In this document: positions 57,846 through 64,000 of the stretch, piece after piece
Layout: every line of letters starts with the position of its first letter
Position numbering within the stretch: the stretch's first letter is position 1
Assembly (NCBI GenBank): GCA_041483895.1
Contig: JBGPGO010000003.1
Location: 32,001-96,000, forward strand
Source: Fimbriimonadia bacterium
GTDB lineage: Bacteria; Armatimonadota; Fimbriimonadia; Fimbriimonadales; JABRVX01
DNA: 64,000 nt
Direction: 5' to 3'
Translations under genes and position numbers: made by a program
The notes under the pieces: model-generated
Seen by the model: the letters and a program-made list of their open reading frames with translations, nothing else
The model's database searches: none
What the model was told of the DNA's origin: nothing

Positions 57846-60398
57846 TCACGGCGACTCATCTTTCACGCAGCGAAACCCAATGGTCGCGCAACGGTCGAGG
57901 CCGGGGTGCATGAGGATAAACTTTGTATGGCTGTCCAATGGCTGCGCGCCGCCGTGGACATACCATCCGCTCCCCTTGGCGTCGAAATAGGACCCTCCGC
58001 GGATCATCACGAATCGCGTGTATCCATCGTCGCGCACGCTCTCGGTCCATTGCCAGACGTTGCCCACCATATCGTAGCATCCGAAGGGACTCCGGCCGTT
58101 TGGGAATTGCTTGACCGGTGTTGGGGTCGCGGAGGACCCGTTGCATAGGCTCGCGTCGAACGCGGCTCCCCAAGGCCATTTCCGTCCATCGCTCCCTTGT
58201 GCCGCCAGTTGCCATTCCTCTTCCGTCGGAAGGCGTTTCCCGGCCCACTTCGCAAACGCCCGCGCATCGTCCAGATCGACGTAGACGACCGGCATGTCTT
58301 TCATCTCCGTTGGACATGTCTTACCGCCCCAGTGTTTGAGAAAATTCATCTTCTCTTTCGGCTGATAATGGGTGGCTTTCAAGAATGCTTCGTACTCGCT
58401 GTTAGTTACCAAGCATTCATCAATATAGATCGGCCCGGCGGTCGCCTCAAAGTCATGTTGGATGGGATCGAACGGTCCCGTGCCGCCATAGATAAAATGA
58501 TCGAGACGCTCCGGAGCCGTGCCTGGATCGGGATAGCATCCGCACTCCCTCCGATCGTGCTGAATCTTCATGTGGAACGTCGTCTTGGGGATCGAGACCA
58601 TGCCGTTGGGCGCGGCCTTTGCGGGCGAGGTCCTTGCGACCTGCTGGGGGTCGAGGGGTTTGGGGGCGGCCCAACCTTGCTTGACGCCAACCGGCTTCAC
58701 GCCCGTCATCTGCCCAAAAGCCACAGCACCGAAGTCATTCAAACCGATGTTGAACTTGCCGTCCGAATCCAATGGGACCTTCTTTTGAGCCAGCAGGTCC
58801 CGTCCCTCCCCGCTAATGCCCTCTGCTGTCACCGATACCATCTGCAGGCGCCCGGTCCGATTCACCAGCAGATAGATGGTTCTGCCGTCGCCACTCCAAC
58901 GACTCGCGAACACGCCTGGAACCGATGTCGGCAGCCCGGGTTCCCACACGCCGGTCGCCAGCTCCTGCGCGAATTCCCGCAAAATCGGCGACAGCCTCCG
59001 CCATGTCGCCCGATCCTTATCCGAATAGAGATTCATGCTGCCAAAAATGTTGTCCCAGATCAGCATCCCGCTCCCGTTGAAAAGCGCCTGCATCATCTCG
59101 TATGAGTGATCCTTGTCCCATCGGCGGGTCTGGTGCTGCATGTGCCGCTGTTCGATCCACTTCAGCTTCAAGACGCTCGGTTCCGGGTAGCCGGGAAGCC
59201 ACTGCGCCCATGACGAGTTGCAAACGGCCAGCTCTTCCACCGATGGCGAACCTTCCGGCTCCAACGCGCTTCCGCCCTTCGCCCCGTCCAGCGCCGTCCG
59301 CAGATTGCCGGGCGCTTCCGACATCGTGTCGAGAAACACGCCGTCCGCGCCGATTGCTTTGACGATTTCCGCGAGAGCCTCATCGTCGGATGTGGGCTCC
59401 CGCCGCGTACCCACATCCCAAGGGTTATAGTCGATGAACGCCTTCACGCCCCGCTTGTGCAGGGTGTCCACGACCTTGCGGAGGCCGGGCAGGCCTCCAG
59501 GCATGTCGCGATAGAAGTCGAACTGGTTTCGCTGGTCCACCCCGATGCGAGGATACGCTTGCCACAGCACAATCGAATCCACGCCGCCAAATTGGTGCGT
59601 CAGATCATCAACGAGCTTGTCGATCTGATAACCTTTCATCGGATCGTAAAACCGGCGGTCGTACAGAAACGCGAAGTAGCACGTGAAGTTGTGCGTGGAC
59701 CAAGCGAGGTCCTTCCGGCCATAGACGGTGAGATCGAGCGGCCCGGGCTTTTTGATCGCGGCGATTGCCTTTTGTCTTGCATCGCTACCATCCAACTTGA
59801 CGACGACATTTCGCAACTCCCACATGCCGGGCATAGGGTTGCGTGTGGCATCCTGCCCGATGATCAGCCGGGCCAGGACCCTTGAGGCGTCGAAACTTGG
59901 CAAGGTCAGGTCTATGGAGAGCTTGTGCCAATCCCCGCCAGAGGGGATGCGGTGCGTCGCGAACACGGTGGACCAGTTCACCCATCCCAGCTTTTGCCGG
60001 TCGTGATAGTCCAGCGCGAAACAGATCTCGCTGTTGCCGGACAGAGATCGCGCCTCGAACTCGACCGTCACCTTCTCGCCCGGTTTCACCGCAATCCCCC
60101 GCGCTAGTTCCCAGTCCAACCGGATCCATGCGCGAACGCCCTTGTAATCGAACCGAGCCACGGTGGGCTGCACCCCACTTCGGGCGTCATCGCGCAGCTT
60201 GGCCAGCCCCGCGATCCACTGGTCCCGCGACCTGCCGGGCGCAGGCAGGCGGATGTTGGCGTAGTTGGACTCCAGCCCATAGTCCGGCGCCACCCACCGG
60301 CAGTCCGCGCCATCGGCCGTCCATGTCTGCGGGCTGAACTGAGAAATCGTTGAAGGAATTTGTATCATAGCAACGAAAAGTATGAATGAAATAACCAT
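57846..60398 (-). CDS. Multidomain protein with C-terminal FGE-sulfatase (SUMF1-like) domain and a putative carbohydrate-active N-terminal part
   Basis: VTN.EY..F, PVV.V...DA.AFAKWAGKRLPTEEEWQ.AA, DM.GNVWQWT, RGGS, GFRC; middle YPRIG.D.RNQFD, DGVFLDT. Confidence 0.8.
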   Translation of the reverse strand: MVISFILFVAMIQIPSTISQFSPQTWTADGADCRWVAPDYGLESNYANIRLPAPGRSRDQWIAGLAKLRDDARSGVQPTVARFDYKGVRAWIRLDWELARGIAVKPGEKVTVEFEARSLSGNSEICFALDYHDRQKLGWVNWSTVFATHRIPSGGDWHKLSIDLTLPSFDASRVLARLIIGQDATRNPMPGMWELRNVVVKLDGSDARQKAIAAIKKPGPLDLTVYGRKDLAWSTHNFTCYFAFLYDRRFYDPMKGYQIDKLVDDLTHQFGGVDSIVLWQAYPRIGVDQRNQFDFYRDMPGGLPGLRKVVDTLHKRGVKAFIDYNPWDVGTRREPTSDDEALAEIVKAIGADGVFLDTMSEAPGNLRTALDGAKGGSALEPEGSPSVEELAVCNSSWAQWLPGYPEPSVLKLKWIEQRHMQHQTRRWDKDHSYEMMQALFNGSGMLIWDNIFGSMNLYSDKDRATWRRLSPILREFAQELATGVWEPGLPTSVPGVFASRWSGDGRTIYLLVNRTGRLQMVSVTAEGISGEGRDLLAQKKVPLDSDGKFNIGLNDFGAVAFGQMTGVKPVGVKQGWAAPKPLDPQQVARTSPAKAAPNGMVSIPKTTFHMKIQHDRRECGCYPDPGTAPERLDHFIYGGTGPFDPIQHDFEATAGPIYIDECLVTNSEYEAFLKATHYQPKEKMNFLKHWGGKTCPTEMKDMPVVYVDLDDARAFAKWAGKRLPTEEEWQLAAQGSDGRKWPWGAAFDASLCNGSSATPTPVKQFPNGRSPFGCYDMVGNVWQWTESVRDDGYTRFVMIRGGSYFDAKGSGWYVHGGAQPLDSHTKFILMHPGLDRCATIGFRCVKDESP

Positions 60399-60440
60399 AA
60401 AGCTAAGTCTATATCATCAAGAGGTACCAGGAGGCAAGTT

Positions 60441-61466
60441 ATGAGGTACGGTGTGTGGACTAAAATTTTGATCGCGGCTGCCGCTTTCGCCTTAATCGCC
60501 CCGGTGAATGCACATAGATTGTGGTTTCGCAACGCATCAACCGGAGAGGAAGGGCCCGGCGCAGTTCTTGCCGGCCCCGGCGATCAGATCGAGGTATGGC
60601 TGCATCTAAAGGCGTCGAAGACAGCTGCAATCCTCATGATGGTGCTTGATCTGGATGGACTCACTCTTATGTCCGATGCCGCCGCAAATACGTGGCAGTC
60701 GCAACTGGACGCTGCAATCCGACCGAATTCTGAGTGGATTTACAAGCAATATCACATGCCCATCGACGGGCCGATTTATGACTGGGCTGCTGATACATGG
60801 GACGCGGGTAAGCCGCTCGATTCCGAGAAGGGCGAGTTCTTCTTCGGTGGGAATTGGCATGGCTTTGATCTCTTTACGCAAAGAATTTTTCAATTTACTG
60901 TCCAGCCAGGCAGCGTTAGCGAGTATTTGGATTGGAAGTTTCCGGGAAGGCCTATAACGACGGGGCTGATCACCGGAATAGTTGATGGACATAACGACGT
61001 ATCGATTACCGACAATTGGGTGGTTGTCGGCGGTGGCCAAACCATGACGGGACACTTGGATCTGGAGGAAGCCGTACACCCGGAGGGCCTACGATTAATG
61101 GTGAATTTCCGGGACCCGGATACCCAAGATGTCGTTGCCAAGCGCATCGCTCGCGTCGATGCCAATGGGAATTATGCGGTGTACGGGGCTCCCGTCGGCA
61201 CATTCGACGTCGATCTCAAGCCAGGGCACTGGCTCAGCAGGATTTTTCGGAACATAACCTTGTCGGGTTCGGGGGCTACGCTGTCTGACAGTTTTTGCAA
61301 TGGTGACCTCGACGGCAACAACGTCGTTGATCTCCCCGACGCCAATCTCGTATTCACCTTCTATGGCACGGATCATCCCGATGGGGACGCGGATGCCAGC
61401 GGGGCGGTTGACCTTTCCGATTTATCGATCATCGCGGTCAACTTCGGCCTAGCCGGCGGCTGGTAG
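60441..61466 (+). CDS. Secreted protein with C-terminal dockerin-like module
   Basis: Signal peptide; RBS AGGAGG; tail homologous to the Kelch protein (K..HWL, NGDLDGNNVVDL.D, DGDAD.SG.VDL.DL). Confidence 0.8.
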   Translation: MRYGVWTKILIAAAAFALIAPVNAHRLWFRNASTGEEGPGAVLAGPGDQIEVWLHLKASKTAAILMMVLDLDGLTLMSDAAANTWQSQLDAAIRPNSEWIYKQYHMPIDGPIYDWAADTWDAGKPLDSEKGEFFFGGNWHGFDLFTQRIFQFTVQPGSVSEYLDWKFPGRPITTGLITGIVDGHNDVSITDNWVVVGGGQTMTGHLDLEEAVHPEGLRLMVNFRDPDTQDVVAKRIARVDANGNYAVYGAPVGTFDVDLKPGHWLSRIFRNITLSGSGATLSDSFCNGDLDGNNVVDLPDANLVFTFYGTDHPDGDADASGAVDLSDLSIIAVNFGLAGGW

Positions 61467-61564
61467 CACCGAAGTTCGGTTCGCAACAGGTCTGGGAGTA
61501 ATGCAGGGGAAGTGTCGTCGGCGTCGAATTCCGTCGTCAGCATGGATGAAGGGCGGTCGGACAT

Positions 61565-62881
61565 ATGACTCATGACAACGATATCTCTCGTAGGACCTTC
61601 CTTGGTGTCACTGCGGCCGGACTGATGGCTGCCGGTCTGCCGAAGTGGTTTGTGGAAGAGGCGGAAGCGGCTGAACTGGTGCAGGCCGGTAAGCGGCGCA
61701 AAATCGGCCCGAACGACACGATCCAGATCGCCTGCATCGGACCCGGCGGCAGCAAGGGCGGGTTCCGGCAGGGCCTAAACGACACCGCGTGGCTTGCCAG
61801 CAAGCAGGGCGTCAAGGTGATGGCCGTCTGCGATGTGGACCGGACCCACCGCGACGAGGCTTCCGCCAAGTTCGGCAGTTGCGACCGATATGACGACTTC
61901 CGCGAGGTGATTGCGCGCAAAGATATCGACGCCGTCGTCATCGGCACGCCGGACCACTGGCACGGCATCATTGCGGCCGCGGCCATGCGCGCGGGCAAAG
62001 ATGTCTATTGCGAAAAGCCGCTCACCCTGGATATTGACCAGGGAATCCGAATCACCAAAATATGGCGAGACACCAAGGCGGTCTTCCAAACCGGCAGCCA
62101 ACAGCGCTCCGACGGGCGGTTCCGTTTGGCCTGCGAGCTGGCCCGAAACGGCCGCATCGGCAATCTCAAGACCGTCGAGGCCCATCTGCCCGCCGGAACA
62201 ACAGCGGGCCCGTTCGAGGTCAAGCCGGTCCCCACGGACTTCAATTGGGACATGTGGCTGGGGCCCGCCCCGATGACAGACTATATCTATGAGCGGACCC
62301 ACGGCAGCTTCCGCCACTGGCTTGAGTATTCCGGCGGAATGATGACCGACTGGGGCGCACACCACAACGACATCGCACAGTGGGGCATGGGATCGGACCG
62401 CTCCGGCCCGATCTCGATTGAGGCGGTCGGCCTGAGAAAGTTCGGCCCGCGCAGCTACAACGCCTTTCAGGAGTTCGAGGTTACGTACACGTATGCGAAC
62501 GGCGTCAAGCTGATCACCGGACATCAGGGCGAGAACGGGGTCCAGTTCAACGGCGACGCGGGTTGGATATTCGTCAGCCGCGGAGAAATTCGCGCGAGCG
62601 ACCAGAAGCTGCTCGACGCACCATTGCCCGCCAGCGCCAAGAGGCTGTACGCGTCCGACGATCACGCCCAGAACCTCATCGACTGCATCCGCTCCCGGCA
62701 GCAACCCATCTGCGATTGCGAGATCGGCCATCGTTCCGTCTCCATCTGCCACCTCGGCAACATCTCGCTGCGGCTCGGCGGCCGGCGACTGGATTGGGAC
62801 CCGGTCAAGGAGATGTTCCCGAATGACCAAGAGGCGCAGGAAATGGTGGCAAGGCCGATCCGTGGCAACTGGAAGCTTTAG
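61565..62881 (+). CDS. Gfo/Idh/MocA family oxidoreductase with Tat signal
   Basis: SRRTFL; CDVD, TPDHWH, GKDVYCEKP, Q.GSQQRS, WDMWLGPAP, DWGAHH.D. Confidence 0.93.
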   Translation: MTHDNDISRRTFLGVTAAGLMAAGLPKWFVEEAEAAELVQAGKRRKIGPNDTIQIACIGPGGSKGGFRQGLNDTAWLASKQGVKVMAVCDVDRTHRDEASAKFGSCDRYDDFREVIARKDIDAVVIGTPDHWHGIIAAAAMRAGKDVYCEKPLTLDIDQGIRITKIWRDTKAVFQTGSQQRSDGRFRLACELARNGRIGNLKTVEAHLPAGTTAGPFEVKPVPTDFNWDMWLGPAPMTDYIYERTHGSFRHWLEYSGGMMTDWGAHHNDIAQWGMGSDRSGPISIEAVGLRKFGPRSYNAFQEFEVTYTYANGVKLITGHQGENGVQFNGDAGWIFVSRGEIRASDQKLLDAPLPASAKRLYASDDHAQNLIDCIRSRQQPICDCEIGHRSVSICHLGNISLRLGGRRLDWDPVKEMFPNDQEAQEMVARPIRGNWKL

Positions 62882-62891
62882 GCGCGCAATA

Positions 62892-63773
62892 TTGCGATCG
62901 CCGTTCGTTGTCGTCTTGGCGATATGGGCCTGCCTGCCTTGCTTAGGCTGGAACGCAACCGGCCACATGGTGGTGGCGGCCATCGCCTACAACCGGCTGC
63001 CGACGCAGGTCCGGCTCCGCGTGGATGCCGTACTCCAACACCATCCGGACTGTGAGAAATGGTCTGGCGAATACGAATCGAGGGGTGGAACGGTAGGGAA
63101 GGCCCTGTACGCCTTCATGCGGGCGAGCACATGGCCGGACGATATCCGCCGCTCCGGCAGCAGCTACGATCATCCCGCATGGCACTACATCGACTATCCG
63201 CTCACCGCAGCCCCGAACGCCCATCCAACCCGGCCCACGCCAAACGACGATCTGCTGTACGCCGTCGACTTGTGCAAAAAGAAACTCGGGGATCAATCCA
63301 CGCCTGCCAAGGAGAAAGCCGCCTATCTAAGCTGGCTTCTGCACCTGATCGGCGACGAGCACATGCCCTTGCACTGCTGCTGCCTCGTCAACGACCGCTA
63401 TAAGGCCCCGAACGGCGACCGAGGCGGGAACGACTTTTGGGTGAAAGATGAGGGAAAAGAGACCCGCCTTCACGGGTTTTGGGACGGACTGCTGGGTAGC
63501 AGCCACGACACGGCGGACATAATGGCGTTGGCGAAACAGTGCGGCCCGGCCGGCGGCCTTCCGTCCGTCAATCCTGTTCGATGGAGTTTGGAAGGGTACA
63601 AGGCCGCACGGCAGTTCGCGTACCTCAACCTGACTTTGCGGGGTGGCGCCAAAGCGTCCAATGCCATTGAGCTTCCCGGCTGTTACGAAGATAAAGCGGT
63701 GGCGAAGGCAAAGTCGCGGATCGGTCTTGCCGGGGTCCGCTTGGCCGCGACCATCATCGCCTGGCTAAGGTAG
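62892..63773 (+). CDS. S1/P1 nuclease
   Basis: Signal peptide then WNATGH, WPDDIR, WHYID, HLIGD.HMPLH, DRGGN, LHGFWD, AG.RLA; start approximate. Confidence 0.93.
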   Translation: MRSPFVVVLAIWACLPCLGWNATGHMVVAAIAYNRLPTQVRLRVDAVLQHHPDCEKWSGEYESRGGTVGKALYAFMRASTWPDDIRRSGSSYDHPAWHYIDYPLTAAPNAHPTRPTPNDDLLYAVDLCKKKLGDQSTPAKEKAAYLSWLLHLIGDEHMPLHCCCLVNDRYKAPNGDRGGNDFWVKDEGKETRLHGFWDGLLGSSHDTADIMALAKQCGPAGGLPSVNPVRWSLEGYKAARQFAYLNLTLRGGAKASNAIELPGCYEDKAVAKAKSRIGLAGVRLAATIIAWLR

Positions 63774-63837
63774 CGATGGGTTAGACAGACCCAGATTCAC
63801 GAATTGCTTTTTCCAGGAGTCATAATGTCGATGACCT

Positions 63838-64000
63838 GTGAGCAGAGCAATCCTTGTCCTAAACGGAGATCCCCCTGGCCGACGGCTTTTGCGGTCGCTG
63901 GTTAAACAGGCCGACGTCGTCGTCGCGGCAGATGGCGGCGCGGCCCCGCTCGGCGATGCCAACCTGCCCATCCACGTCGTAATCGGTGATATGGATTCAT
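63838..64000 (+). CDS. thiN: Thiamine diphosphokinase, 5' part (runs off the right edge)
   Basis: Hand translation VSRAILVLNGD...VVAADGGA...VVIGDMDS. Confidence 0.85.
   Translation, partial: MSRAILVLNGDPPGRRLLRSLVKQADVVVAADGGAAPLGDANLPIHVVIGDMDS

Overview
Bacterial chromosomal window of about 60% GC. The gene content points to Armatimonadota (inferred from a DUF1559/H-X9-DG prepilin-like protein, FlgD-tailed secreted proteins and dockerin-like tails). Housekeeping genes (queA, rpsA, coaE, nadB, rex, dusB, pepF-like, thiN, tRNA-Val-GAC) are interspersed with accessory content. Main points: (1) An ~18 kb co-oriented cluster (4.6-22.6 kb) encodes three large secreted proteins sharing a ~430-aa C-terminal module ending in P-x-V-L-T-R, alongside two CsgG/TolB_N-like proteins and an Ig + LptD-like outer-membrane barrel. 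This is a candidate C-terminal-domain-dependent secretion or surface-assembly system. (2) An apparently gap-free 2,036-bp tandem duplication of a polysaccharide-deacetylase-like gene has a junction that creates an in-frame chimeric ORF with signs of purifying selection. (3) A convergent CbcL-like/ImcH-like multiheme cytochrome pair. (4) An integrase-free ~0.6 kb islet at tRNA-Val. (5) A RAYT transposase with mirror-symmetric REP-like repeats. (6) A lower-GC GIY-YIG + HEPN-like gene pair. (7) A possible ~420-nt non-coding transcript. (8) Repeated leaderless-mRNA signatures. All family calls were made by eye from motifs; no searches were run.
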